A stretch of DNA of 64,000 bases from a virus. Within the stretch, counting starts at the first letter, position 1; each line of letters opens with the position of its first letter. Of the stretch, positions 26,844 to 36,994 are shown piece after piece. The translations under genes and the position numbers were made by a program. The stretch spans positions 1-64,000 of IMG/VR virus record IMGVR_UViG_3300027969_000043; one strand, 5' to 3'. The notes beneath the pieces are model-generated. The model ran no database searches, was not told the DNA's origin, and saw only the letters and a list, made by a program, of their open reading frames with translations.

Positions 26844-29783
26844 TTATATTAAACTACTCATTATTTTTTTTATTCTTTCTATCTCTTCAGTCAATACTTT
26901 ATTTTTACCATTAACCGATTCATATGTTGCTGGTTTAAATGGTTTAGGTTCATCATCTGATGATTCACCACCACCACCAGACTCACCTGAAGACGCATCA
27001 GCATCTGAAGCTCCAGCATCACCACCACTAGGCGGCGTAGCCGTAGGTGCACCACTTCCACTAGCAGCACCCCCACCAGTACCACCTCCACCAGCAGCAC
27101 TTCCACCCTTTCCATCTGGTTTTGACTTAATACCTAATTTAGCAGCCTGCTTATCTGTATTTTGTTGTTGACCACCCTTTGCAGCCATATTTTTTTTCTG
27201 TTGGAACATATATTGAAACAAACCTATTGCATCAGTCATAAATTGCATTAAATGCTTTTTAAATTTACCTCTATCTTGAGCATCTTTTTCTATTTGTGTA
27301 CGTTTAAATTGAGCCTCAGCCTCGTCAATATTTTTAGCACCAACTTTACCCATTCCAGCTAACTTATCCATTAAATCACCTTTTTTAAATTTACCAGTAT
27401 ATACTGTTTTAAAAATGTCATTGATAAATTTAGCTAAATTTTCATACGTTTGTGGGTTAGCAGATGAAAGATTAAACATTTTATTAAAATCAGTTAATAT
27501 AATTGGATTTTGTTTAAATGTTTGAAGTTTTTGGTTAAAAACTTTATCATCCCCACTTTTCATATTTCTAAGCTTATTCCTAATCTGCTCAATTCTATTT
27601 AAAAAATCTTCAAACTCTTTAACTCTTTTAGGACTAACGTTTTTATTAAGATATTTAACAAGCTCTTTATCTCTAAAGTATTTAGCTTCAGACAAAGGCT
27701 TTTTTAAATCTGCCGTCTTAACCGCGTATGTTTTTTTCTGAGGTCCGTCACCATCAGCATCTATTTGTGTACTTCCTGGTGAAACATCTGGAATTGTAAC
27801 TGTAACGTTTCTACCTTTGTAAATTGCTTTATCACCCTTTTTAAATGTTGTTACATTTGTATCTACATTTGATTCATCATCTGATTTACCCTCTGCTCCA
27901 GCACCAAACTTCTTATTGCTAGCAACAACAAATCTAAATAAGTTTAATAATGAATTATATAAATCATCGTTAAAACCGCCTTTACCATCACCTTTACCTT
28001 TATCACCACCTTCTTCTTTACCTTTATCTTCAATTTTTTTAGGGTCTTGTGCTTCATCTTTATCAATGGTTGGACCTTCTGGTTCTACAATACCAGCACC
28101 ACCCTCAATGTTTAACATTGATTGGTATAGGTCATTAAGTGTTTTTGCTCTAGATTGTTTTTGACCTTTCATTCTCATTATCTTAACAAGAGCACCAGCA
28201 CCCAAAAGAGCAACACCGATTGGGCCTAATACGGCACCAAATCCTTTTGCTACTAAATATCCAGTACCAGTCTTAATACCTGTTTTAATTGCTACTTTGG
28301 TAACAATTTGTGGTACCATTTTAATAAGAATAGATGTCAAGTTTCTACCAGCTATTGTACCGTATAAAGTTGTGTCAGGAGTTAATTTACCCGTTCCAGA
28401 TGCGCCACCGTGGAACATATCATTAAGTGTTTTAAATTGGTTTGGGTTATTAACTAAATCATGAAGACCTTTAGCTGCTTCAGTTGGTTTCATCATTACA
28501 CCACCTCTCTGACATAATAAATCAATACCCTTATTAGCATCACCACCACCAATTTGCTTAAGTGCGTCAACCAATTCTTGAGGTTTTGAATTTGCATCTA
28601 ACGGATGCTCTGTAAGACGACCTAAAAGTTTATAAACACCTTCACCAGGCTTAATATCATTTAATATTTCACTTTTTGTTTGCAGTAACTCAGTTGTTGT
28701 TTCTGTGTCAGTATAGTTATACGGTTGGTCAAATAAATGCTTAAACCATTCTGTATTTGCTATCCAACTAAATGCACCCATTGAACCACCTATACCTGCT
28801 AATAACAATGGAAGTTTATTTGACTTAAGTGTTTTCATTCTTTCACTGTCAAAATCTTTACCACCATCACCACGTTTAGCTTGCAATGTTTTTCTTACAT
28901 TTGCTGCATCATCTTCATTAATTGAGTAGTCAACACCCTCTTCATATCTAGAAGCTAATGTGCTAGGACCATCCCAATTACCTACTTCACCTAATCCTAA
29001 TTCTTCTCTACAATCATTAAGTTCTAATAGGTATAAATAATTTAATTTATCTGAGTCTGTAATACCTTTTGATATAGCAAGGTCAACAATTGCTTTTGCT
29101 CTTTCTTCACATTCTTTAGGACTACTTATAGAATATTTTAAATTTTTACCAGCTTTTTTAAGCTTGTCACCAATATTGTCAAAAAAACCTTCTTCTATTT
29201 TTGTTTCACCTAAACCAAAACTTTCGTCTATTTCTTTTAATTCCTCTTCAGACACTTCAACAACGTTTCCCTCAGCCTCATCAACAACTGAATAAGCTGC
29301 TGTTAAATCAACATCTAAGAATTTTTTAACATATTCTCTAAGGTCGTTGATAATACCGTTGGCCGCATCGATAGGTAAATAACCCTCTTCATTTGGTTGT
29401 TTTAATGTTGCAGCAACAATTGAATCATAAACAGAAGAAATACCCATAACGGTATTTAAAAAATCAGCACCCTTTTCATTATTAGGGAATTCTGGATTTT
29501 GTTCTTTCATTTGAGCATCAAGGGCTTTAATCATTTCATTACCCTTTTTATCTATGATTTGCTGAATTTTAGCTGCGGCCTCTTGGTCAATTTTTCCCTT
29601 GCCAAAAATTTTACCACCAGCCTTATATCTACCCAATTTAGATAGACCATATTTAATTTTTTCCCACATTCCTTCGTCAATCATTTCTTCATTCATTGTT
29701 GGGTCAACTTCAACCATCTCTCTTAACATGTGGTTGATAACAACATAATGTTGTTCTTCTGTTAATATAATTTTTTGCGGCAT
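26844..29783 (-). CDS. Large putative virion internal / ejection protein with two hydrophobic segments
   Basis: N-terminal KIILTEEQ, many [ILMV]-x-E motifs, C-terminal LTEEIERIKKIM. TM-like LPLLLAGIGGSMGAFSWIA and GFGAVLGPIGVALLGAGALV. ATATTTATA upstream. Confidence 0.5.
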   Translation of the reverse strand: MPQKIILTEEQHYVVINHMLREMVEVDPTMNEEMIDEGMWEKIKYGLSKLGRYKAGGKIFGKGKIDQEAAAKIQQIIDKKGNEMIKALDAQMKEQNPEFPNNEKGADFLNTVMGISSVYDSIVAATLKQPNEEGYLPIDAANGIINDLREYVKKFLDVDLTAAYSVVDEAEGNVVEVSEEELKEIDESFGLGETKIEEGFFDNIGDKLKKAGKNLKYSISSPKECEERAKAIVDLAISKGITDSDKLNYLYLLELNDCREELGLGEVGNWDGPSTLASRYEEGVDYSINEDDAANVRKTLQAKRGDGGKDFDSERMKTLKSNKLPLLLAGIGGSMGAFSWIANTEWFKHLFDQPYNYTDTETTTELLQTKSEILNDIKPGEGVYKLLGRLTEHPLDANSKPQELVDALKQIGGGDANKGIDLLCQRGGVMMKPTEAAKGLHDLVNNPNQFKTLNDMFHGGASGTGKLTPDTTLYGTIAGRNLTSILIKMVPQIVTKVAIKTGIKTGTGYLVAKGFGAVLGPIGVALLGAGALVKIMRMKGQKQSRAKTLNDLYQSMLNIEGGAGIVEPEGPTIDKDEAQDPKKIEDKGKEEGGDKGKGDGKGGFNDDLYNSLLNLFRFVVASNKKFGAGAEGKSDDESNVDTNVTTFKKGDKAIYKGRNVTVTIPDVSPGSTQIDADGDGPQKKTYAVKTADLKKPLSEAKYFRDKELVKYLNKNVSPKRVKEFEDFLNRIEQIRNKLRNMKSGDDKVFNQKLQTFKQNPIILTDFNKMFNLSSANPQTYENLAKFINDIFKTVYTGKFKKGDLMDKLAGMGKVGAKNIDEAEAQFKRTQIEKDAQDRGKFKKHLMQFMTDAIGLFQYMFQQKKNMAAKGGQQQNTDKQAAKLGIKSKPDGKGGSAAGGGGTGGGAASGSGAPTATPPSGGDAGASDADASSGESGGGGESSDDEPKPFKPATYESVNGKNKVLTEEIERIKKIMSSLI

Positions 29784-29817
29784 AATTACTTTTTTTATTA
29801 TATAAATATCTGTTATT

Positions 29818-30225
29818 TTAGTAAAATTTAAAGTCTGGAAACTTTTTTAATACAAATTCTTTTACTCTTTCTGGGTTATATCCTAATAGTATCCCTATCT
29901 CGTATGTTTCCTCTGGTGTTTTGGTTGGTAGATAACCATCTCTTTTTCTTGCTATGCTAGCCAATCTTGTTGCTTCTTCCTCATGGCCGTCACGATAAAA
30001 TACATACGCTCTATTTATACCCAACGGAAAATACTTTAATCCTGACGCTTCCAATGCGTCAACATCTGCAAATGTTGCACCGCCGTAAAATCCAACACCT
30101 CTTTTTCCGTCAATAACTGTCTTTAATGCTCTTGGATGTGAATATGCGTCCTCTGGTTCAATCTCTTCTGATAAGTGTTCTTTAATAAGACCATATTGTC
30201 GTTCGGTTATTATTATTTTTGCCAT
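29818..30225 (-). CDS. Hypothetical, possibly virion-internal protein (probable start MAKIIITERQ at 30225)
   Basis: Shares the KII(I/L)TE-x-Q N-terminus with the 979-aa neighbour. Confidence 0.6.
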   Translation of the reverse strand: MAKIIITERQYGLIKEHLSEEIEPEDAYSHPRALKTVIDGKRGVGFYGGATFADVDALEASGLKYFPLGINRAYVFYRDGHEEEATRLASIARKRDGYLPTKTPEETYEIGILLGYNPERVKEFVLKKFPDFKFY

Positions 30226-30244
30226 AAATATAAATATCATATAA

Positions 30245-30272
30245 AATAAAAAACCCCCTGATTTAGGGGGTT
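30245..30272 (-). terminator. Intrinsic terminator
   Basis: AACCCCCT-gattt-AGGGGGTT stem with a T-tract on the minus strand. Confidence 0.7.
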
Positions 30273-30278
30273 CTTTAC

Positions 30279-31802
30279 TTATTCTATATTTAGTTCAAAT
30301 TTCATATTACCACAATCCCATATTCTATCATAACCCTTAATTTTCATTATTTCAAATTCAGATAGTTTGTTATCAAAACCTTCTTTAACTAATACATCCT
30401 TTCTAAAATTAAACCTATGATACCTATTGTTATATTCACCTATTTTAACATACCAATAATTTGGTGGTGTATTTTCAATAAATGTAAACCCATTTTTATA
30501 ATAAACAGTATTTTTATAATCTAAACCTGACCACCTAATGTCGGCATATGTTATTACTTTATTTGGTTTGTAATTATCAATAAAATATTTTAATAGTCTT
30601 GAAAACCCACCAACAACCCTGTGATTTTTTTTATTAACAAACCTCATTAATTCGTATTGATTTTCTTTATCACACCTACCCATTATTTTTCTTAATTTAC
30701 CAAATGTAATCAGACTAACTAATTCGTTATCATAAAATAATCCAAGTCTTATTTTATCGATTGAAGAATCTTGAATATGGTTTTTATTTAAAAATTCATC
30801 GGACACTTTCTTATCAACGCTCATTATTGAACATTTTCTAGCATATATTTTTTTATTATTTATCATTAAAAAATTTGATAACCTAGAAAGTACTATATCT
30901 TTCTTATATAAAATTTCATCTTCAAATATATGAACTAATTTTATGTTTGATTCGTGCGCTAGCTTAGATTTATTAATATGGTAATTTCTATCCTTTTCAC
31001 CATTTATCTCACTATGGTAAAAATTACCATTAACCTCGATTCCTAAATTATAGTCATGTAATAACAAATCTATTTCCTGCCCGCTTAATAGTTTTCTAGA
31101 ATTATCTAAATGGTCAATATTATTTTCGTTTAAAAAATCACGTATAAATGCTTCTAATTTAGAATTTTTAACCAAAGGAAAACATTTTCTACATATTGGT
31201 ATTTTACCAGAACCCAAAACTGTACTTGTAAACACGTTATTGCATTTTAAACATTTAAAATTATACGGCATAGATGTTGTCCCACTTTTATTTGCTGTAT
31301 ACTCATCTAATAACAATAAATTATTATCCTCTAATTTTGGTAATAAATTATTTATTTGTTTTTCTTTTAACGTATTCTTTAATTTGGTAACCAACCCTTC
31401 ATGTTTCATTGGATTATCAACTCCGTACTTATCCACCAAAATTTTCTTTAACCCATTTTTAAACTCATTTTTTTTAAAAATGGAATCAACTCCGTGTTTT
31501 TCAAAAAAACTTTTTTTACTAGCTAATATTCTTTTATCTTTATTCTCCTTAATTTTTCCCCACTTTATCCTACATTCACCAGAACATAACTTTTTTTTAT
31601 TGTTTATCTTAACTTCAAAATCATTGTTACACATATCGCATTTTCTAACCTCCCTAATACTTTCATCTTTTTTTCTACCTATCGTTTTGTTTTTGTTGGC
31701 AAATTCAAAATAGCAACTTCTTGAACAATACTTCTTATCCCTATGTTTATATTCGGCAATAAAATTATTATCACAATTAATACATTTTAATTCTATGTTC
31801 AT
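30279..31802 (-). mobile_element. Free-standing Hef-like homing endonuclease gene (zinc ribbons, PD-(D/E)xK/Vsr-like nuclease, GNAT-like C-terminal domain)
   Basis: CxxC...CSxxC repeats, K(H/Y)GVD repeats, EIDLLL...GIEVNGNFYHS and a C-terminal YELMRF...YADIRWS...YDRIWDCG domain. Has its own promoter and terminator and interrupts the sheath-tube region. Confidence 0.75.
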
Positions 31803-31852
31803 GGTATTATATTTTTTAATCTAACAAGGGCTTATCTACAAATAAATATTTG

Positions 31853-31884
31853 CAAATATACCTAAAAAACAAAAAAGGTGCAAA
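31853..31884 (-). promoter_or_regulatory. Bacteroidota-type promoter for the endonuclease gene
   Basis: Minus strand TTTG-N20-TATATTTG, plus ATATTTATT at 31849-31841. Confidence 0.55.
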
Positions 31885-31901
31885 TATTTGCACCCTTTTT
31901 T
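31871..31901. terminator. Terminator after the sheath gene
   Basis: AAAAAAGGTGCAAAT/ATTTGCACCCTTTTTT inverted repeat. Confidence 0.7.
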
Positions 31902-31920
31902 AATTTATTTTATTTTTTTA

Positions 31921-34900
31921 TTAAATGTTATCAAATGAAGCCCCTGTATTCATAATATTAAATTCTACAATTATAAATTCTAGAGCTCTTGTTGGTTTAA
32001 GGTAAATCTTACCAGTTAATTGATTTCTATCGATATCTTCTGGGTCGTTACTTAAAACAACTCTGAAATCTACTAAACCTCTTTCGGTTCTAATGCTATC
32101 CAATATTGGATTAACAAGTGACAAGAATTGATTTCTTACGATAGTATCATTTTGTTCGAACAACAATCTAATAGCCACAGCAGAGATAAGTTTTCTAGCT
32201 TGTAAAAGAAGTCTTCTAACATTGATTCTGTCAAGAGCACTTTCTTTAACTTGTAGTGTTTTATTACCCCAAATCTTAATACCATCAGATGTAAATGTTG
32301 CGATTGGGTTGATTCTATTTTCGTAAAGAACATCTCTTTCACTTAAAGTTAACTTCTTACGAGCTTTAAGAGCGTCAACGTCACCTCTTTGAATACCTGC
32401 TACTGCGAACCAAGGGAATGCTATGTTATCAGTCAAAGCGATGTTTCTCACAACGTCTCTTGTTGGTGGAACGTAAACATACACATTGTTCTCAGCATCA
32501 AGGATTTGAATCCAAGGCCAGTATGTTGCTGTGTAGCTACTATCATACATATCTGATAATTGGTCTGTTACGTCACCAACTGTTAATACTGTTCCTGCAG
32601 AATCGGTATCAGGCGTTGTTACAACATATAAAGAGTCAGCTCTGTCTTGCTCAATCATTTCGATACTAGCTTCAACAAGATTTGTGTTATCAAACGTATC
32701 AATACCAGGCGTAGCAAACACATTAACATTTACAGCCTCTGGGTTTTTAAATGTCCAGATACCCTCTAAGTAAGCGTAGTAATCAGATGTAATACCTAAA
32801 TCACCGTTAGTTAGAGTTTTGTTTGCAAACGTACCTACTGCTAAACCAGCAGCACCCTTGGTACCATTGATAGTAAAGCTATCTAAGTTAGTTCTTCTTG
32901 TTCTGTAAGGGTCGAAACCGTCGAATCCGCCATAAGGTGCAAAAGTAAATTTACGAGCGTACACTTTCTCATATGGGCCGTTAGCTAAACCAGCGTCAGT
33001 TCTAAACTGCCAGTCACCAGTATCAAATAAGAATATTGGACTATATGTGTTACCTGAGTTATCAATAACAACTTTAACATTGTCAATTGTAGCACCTGTA
33101 GCGTCGATATCCATGTGGAAACCTTTGGTTAAACCAGTCCACATATCATAATCTTGTCCAACAGGTATACCTTTGTAATCAAAGAAATCAGCGTCTATAC
33201 CTATTGTATTAGATAAACCTAAATAGTATTTACGTTTGTTTTCAAAAGCGCCATATTTTTGCTTATACATTATGCTTGGTGTTTGAACATCAGGGTTAGA
33301 GTTAATTTCATAATCTCTAACTGGGAATCCAACAAAACCAGCTGGGAATGCATCACTTGTATCAGAACTTTCATCAAGTTCAAGTAAAATGTGAGCAGAT
33401 TTTGATGCATATACACCATCTAATGTACCGATTCTTCTAGCAACAAAGTTGTTTGAAGTTGGGTCCATTGTACAACGTGTGTAAGCTTCGATGATATTAG
33501 GTGCCGCATCTGTATCATAAAAACCTCTTACCAATACATCAAACTCTCTTGTATCTGGTTTAATGTTAGCAATTGAAATTTTATATTGTTCGTTTGCTGC
33601 GTTACCGTCAGATATTGTCCAAATTCTAAATAATCTTAACAATTTATTACCTCTTAATTCTGATACAACATAAGGTGTAACAGCTGGTTGGTATTCTTGT
33701 AAGTAGTCAGAGTATTGACCAGCGTAGTCGATAATATCTAAATTGATACCTCTAACTTTACCATCATTAACATACTCAACAAACATTTTATCAAAGAATT
33801 CTTCAACGTATACTGCAGTTTCACCATCTAAAGCAGTTCTACCAAGAACTTTTGTTATGTAATTTCTTTGTGTTCTATCGAAAGAGCAATCATAAGAGAA
33901 TGCACCCTGTGTATTTGATGTACCAATTAAAGCGAATGAACCGTAAGGGTTTTGTTCTGCTGTGGTAATGCTTGAATTAAAATTCAATCCTGTTGTTGCA
34001 CTAACTTGGAATACTGGTAATTGAGTTTGAGCATTAACTTTACCTCTAGAACGAAGCAAAGTAATTAATTTATCCTCAACATCTGCGTATCCTTTACCAA
34101 CAGTATATGTTGTAAAACCAGATGTTGTACCTGTTTTATACATTGATATTGAAGTACCTGAGTAATAGTTTACAACTGCTGATGTTGTACCAGTATTATA
34201 AAACAAACCAGTACCTGAATATACACCTGTAAAACCAGATGTTGTACCTGTTCTATAAACTGTTAATGGGTCACCAGAGAAGTAGAATACATTACCAATA
34301 GTTGTACCTGTTTTATAGTTAATACCAGAACCAGAATAGAATGTTGTAACACCTGAGGCTTGGCCTGATATGTATGCTGCTGTTTGAGCGCCACTATACT
34401 GTATTGTAAATCCAGATGTTGTACCTGAGATAAGTCTAGTGTTTGAAGCACCAGTATAATATTGAATATACCCACTTGTCAAACCAGTATAAATATTTGG
34501 TGTTGATGTTGAACCTGTACTTAAAATAATTGCAACACCATAAACACCAACATAAGTTGTTGCATTTATTGCGGTATAAGAACTAGGAACACCTTGTACA
34601 CTATATAGTAATCCAACACCAGTTCCAGGTGAATTTTTTAAACCAAAATAATTACCTTGCAATATTCCAGCGGTTTCCATTGTATTATATGGTTCACTAG
34701 TTGTTAAATAAGTAACATTTACAGTGCTAGATGTTGTAGCGGCAGTAAATCGTATAAATGAACTAATAAGTGGTGTTGCTCCGCTAAAACCTACCGAACT
34801 TTGATTTAAACTTTGTGGTGTTACACCAGAAGTTGCTGCAGAGAATACCGCAGAAGCACCAACATAAGATGAACCGCTTTGTACAAAACTAAGAGGTACA

Positions 34901-36831
34901 CTAAACGATGTACCAACTGGTGCACCACTAAACAATGTGGCTAAACTAAAGTTATTAGCAACATACATTGCATTAAGAACATTGTTATTAATAACATAAC
35001 TTGTGCTGTTTGTTATTGGGTTTGTTTGATAAGTAATTAACGGATTAGCATTTATAGGGGTGGCAACACCACCTGTAGCACCAGTAGTTGTTGTATTAAT
35101 TGCTGCTGGAACAGTTACTTTACTTACAATAATATAACTTGAAGAAGCACCAGTATAAACCGCACCAGAACCTGTCATAACAAAAGGAATTACACCTCTA
35201 ACACCAGAATTTAACCCAGGTAATGAAGCTAAACTAAATAAAGAAGCGCCATAAAATGCACTTGTTAATGGGTCTGAAATTACAGTATTTGTTAATGAAC
35301 CACTAGTTGTTGCTGTATATCTAATTAATGGGTTATAGTTTGCTGTTGTTGAAACACCAGTACTAGATGCATTGAAATAGTATGGTGTAATACCTGTTTG
35401 TGATACAGTATATGTTGAACTAGCACCAGTAAAAATTGAACCGTTATAAATAAATGATAAAGGTATTGTACTAGTTGTACCAGTTGCTGTTGCGGGTAAT
35501 CCGCTAAGACTAATATTACCAGCTTGGTATAAACTATTAGTTAATGGGTCTGCAATAGTTGCGGTAATTAATGTATTACCAGTTGTTGCTGTATAATTTA
35601 TAAATGGTACAAAACTACCACTAGTTGTAGCCGCAGTTGTTGTTGTATTAATACCACTTTGCGTTAAGCCAGTGGCAATTACAACGTAGTTAGATTCATT
35701 ACCAGTAAAACTAGTACCTACGTTTACATAGTTTCTAGCTATTGAACCAGTCGCACCAACTGCCAAGCTAGATAACCCAGTTAAACTAAAATTTGAGTTA
35801 TTATAACCAGCATTTGTATTTGGCTCGTTGATTTGAACAGCAGAAAGAACACCACCAGTTGTTGATGTATAAACAATAAATGGATTTGTATTTGCGCTAC
35901 TAATTAAAGCAACACTAGCAGCACTTAAAGTCATTGTTGTTGTACCAGCAGAAATAAGTGTATAAACTGCACCAGCACCACTATAATTTGAACCACCAAC
36001 ATTTATAAATGAATTAGAAATAACATCAGATTGACTTATTGTTAGACTAGGCAATGTACTAAGACTAAAATTACCGTTGTTATAAAGGCTTGATAATAGA
36101 GTATCATTTATAGTTACTGTTACCAAATTATTTGAGGCGTCTGCTGTAAATGATGCAAATGGGAGGATACTTACATTTGTTAGTGTTGCACCTGTAGTTG
36201 TTGGGTCTAACACATTTGGTGTTGAACCAGCGTTAACAACCAACAATTGACTGCTAGCACCTGTAAATAAACCACCAACTTTTTCTAGCGAAACACTCAA
36301 CGATAATATTTGACCATTTGTTAATGTTGGTAACAAAGCTAAACTAACACTACCATTGTTAACTAAATAACTTAATAATGGGTCACTAATAGTTGTACCT
36401 ATTAATACGTTAGAGTTTGTTGCAGTATATACAATACTAGGATTATACGAGCTTGTTGTTGCTGTTATTGTTGAATTATCCAAAGCAGCATCCATCGTTA
36501 TACCCCAAGCTTTACCTGCATCATAACCAGAAAAACCAAGAATTCTTGTTACAAATAATTGGTTTGATTGTGATAGATATGATTTTGCGATATATGGTAA
36601 TTCATACAAAGGTGCGCCGTTTCCGTCTGGACCGTTTACCAATGTATTATTTAAACCACCGAAAAACGATTGAAACTCGCCGTAGTTACTTACGAAAATA
36701 GGTTGAAATGCTGGTCCTTTGGTTGTTTCACCCACCAAACCCAATGTCGTAACACCTACTTGACGTGTTACAAATGTTAAGTCTTTTTCTGAGGTGTAGA
36801 CACCTGGACTAACGAATACTTTTTCTGCCAT
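31921..36831 (-). CDS. Contractile tail sheath protein (T4 gp18-like) with an ~800-aa repeat insertion
   Basis: N-terminal SPGVYTSEKD...GETTKGP. C-terminal ATYWPW, PWFAVAGIQRG, LYENRINPI, WGNKTL, INVRRLL, FEQND and IYLKPTRALEFI. Confidence 0.95.
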   Translation of the reverse strand: MAEKVFVSPGVYTSEKDLTFVTRQVGVTTLGLVGETTKGPAFQPIFVSNYGEFQSFFGGLNNTLVNGPDGNGAPLYELPYIAKSYLSQSNQLFVTRILGFSGYDAGKAWGITMDAALDNSTITATTSSYNPSIVYTATNSNVLIGTTISDPLLSYLVNNGSVSLALLPTLTNGQILSLSVSLEKVGGLFTGASSQLLVVNAGSTPNVLDPTTTGATLTNVSILPFASFTADASNNLVTVTINDTLLSSLYNNGNFSLSTLPSLTISQSDVISNSFINVGGSNYSGAGAVYTLISAGTTTMTLSAASVALISSANTNPFIVYTSTTGGVLSAVQINEPNTNAGYNNSNFSLTGLSSLAVGATGSIARNYVNVGTSFTGNESNYVVIATGLTQSGINTTTTAATTSGSFVPFINYTATTGNTLITATIADPLTNSLYQAGNISLSGLPATATGTTSTIPLSFIYNGSIFTGASSTYTVSQTGITPYYFNASSTGVSTTANYNPLIRYTATTSGSLTNTVISDPLTSAFYGASLFSLASLPGLNSGVRGVIPFVMTGSGAVYTGASSSYIIVSKVTVPAAINTTTTGATGGVATPINANPLITYQTNPITNSTSYVINNNVLNAMYVANNFSLATLFSGAPVGTSFSVPLSFVQSGSSYVGASAVFSAATSGVTPQSLNQSSVGFSGATPLISSFIRFTAATTSSTVNVTYLTTSEPYNTMETAGILQGNYFGLKNSPGTGVGLLYSVQGVPSSYTAINATTYVGVYGVAIILSTGSTSTPNIYTGLTSGYIQYYTGASNTRLISGTTSGFTIQYSGAQTAAYISGQASGVTTFYSGSGINYKTGTTIGNVFYFSGDPLTVYRTGTTSGFTGVYSGTGLFYNTGTTSAVVNYYSGTSISMYKTGTTSGFTTYTVGKGYADVEDKLITLLRSRGKVNAQTQLPVFQVSATTGLNFNSSITTAEQNPYGSFALIGTSNTQGAFSYDCSFDRTQRNYITKVLGRTALDGETAVYVEEFFDKMFVEYVNDGKVRGINLDIIDYAGQYSDYLQEYQPAVTPYVVSELRGNKLLRLFRIWTISDGNAANEQYKISIANIKPDTREFDVLVRGFYDTDAAPNIIEAYTRCTMDPTSNNFVARRIGTLDGVYASKSAHILLELDESSDTSDAFPAGFVGFPVRDYEINSNPDVQTPSIMYKQKYGAFENKRKYYLGLSNTIGIDADFFDYKGIPVGQDYDMWTGLTKGFHMDIDATGATIDNVKVVIDNSGNTYSPIFLFDTGDWQFRTDAGLANGPYEKVYARKFTFAPYGGFDGFDPYRTRRTNLDSFTINGTKGAAGLAVGTFANKTLTNGDLGITSDYYAYLEGIWTFKNPEAVNVNVFATPGIDTFDNTNLVEASIEMIEQDRADSLYVVTTPDTDSAGTVLTVGDVTDQLSDMYDSSYTATYWPWIQILDAENNVYVYVPPTRDVVRNIALTDNIAFPWFAVAGIQRGDVDALKARKKLTLSERDVLYENRINPIATFTSDGIKIWGNKTLQVKESALDRINVRRLLLQARKLISAVAIRLLFEQNDTIVRNQFLSLVNPILDSIRTERGLVDFRVVLSNDPEDIDRNQLTGKIYLKPTRALEFIIVEFNIMNTGASFDNI
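34087..34494 (-). repeat. Seven ~19-aa repeats (Y-x-TGTTSG-x4-YSG) in the sheath insertion
   Basis: IYTGLTSGYIQYYTG / LISGTTSGFTIQYSG / YISGQASGVTTFYSG / YKTGTTIGNVFYFSG / YRTGTTSGFTGVYSG / YNTGTTSAVVNYYSG / YKTGTTSGFTTYTVG. Confidence 0.9.
34495..36489 (-). repeat. Seven diverged ~92-106-aa Ser/Thr/Gly-rich repeats in the sheath insertion
   Basis: Units start at about 36489, 36213, 35931, 35655, 35379, 35103 and 34812. Consensus P[LF]I.[YF]TAT...I.DPL...Y..GN[FI]SL..LP...SF...G..[FY]TGASS.Y.V...G.T. Confidence 0.85.
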
Positions 36832-36994
36832 GTTATTTTTTTTTTACTTTTTTTAAAAATTATTTCTTGTTACTAAATAAATATTCAAGAAAAACCGAAA
36901 ATTAAATATATAAGGATAAATATTTGAAAATTACCATTCTAGGTTTTTTTATGAAAAAATATAAAAATAAAATAACATATTTTTTAACCAAATA

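Noticed and set aside
34087-36489. Intein or intron as the explanation for the oversized sheath (also considered for polB and dnaB)
   Set aside because: No C/S...HN splice motifs or LAGLIDADG blocks, and the frames are continuous. The sheath insertion is a repeat array.
7671-36831. Bacterial contractile injection system (eCIS, T6SS or tailocin) instead of a phage
   Set aside because: Neck proteins, a T4-like replisome and phage-style promoters are interleaved with the tail genes, and no cellular housekeeping genes are present.
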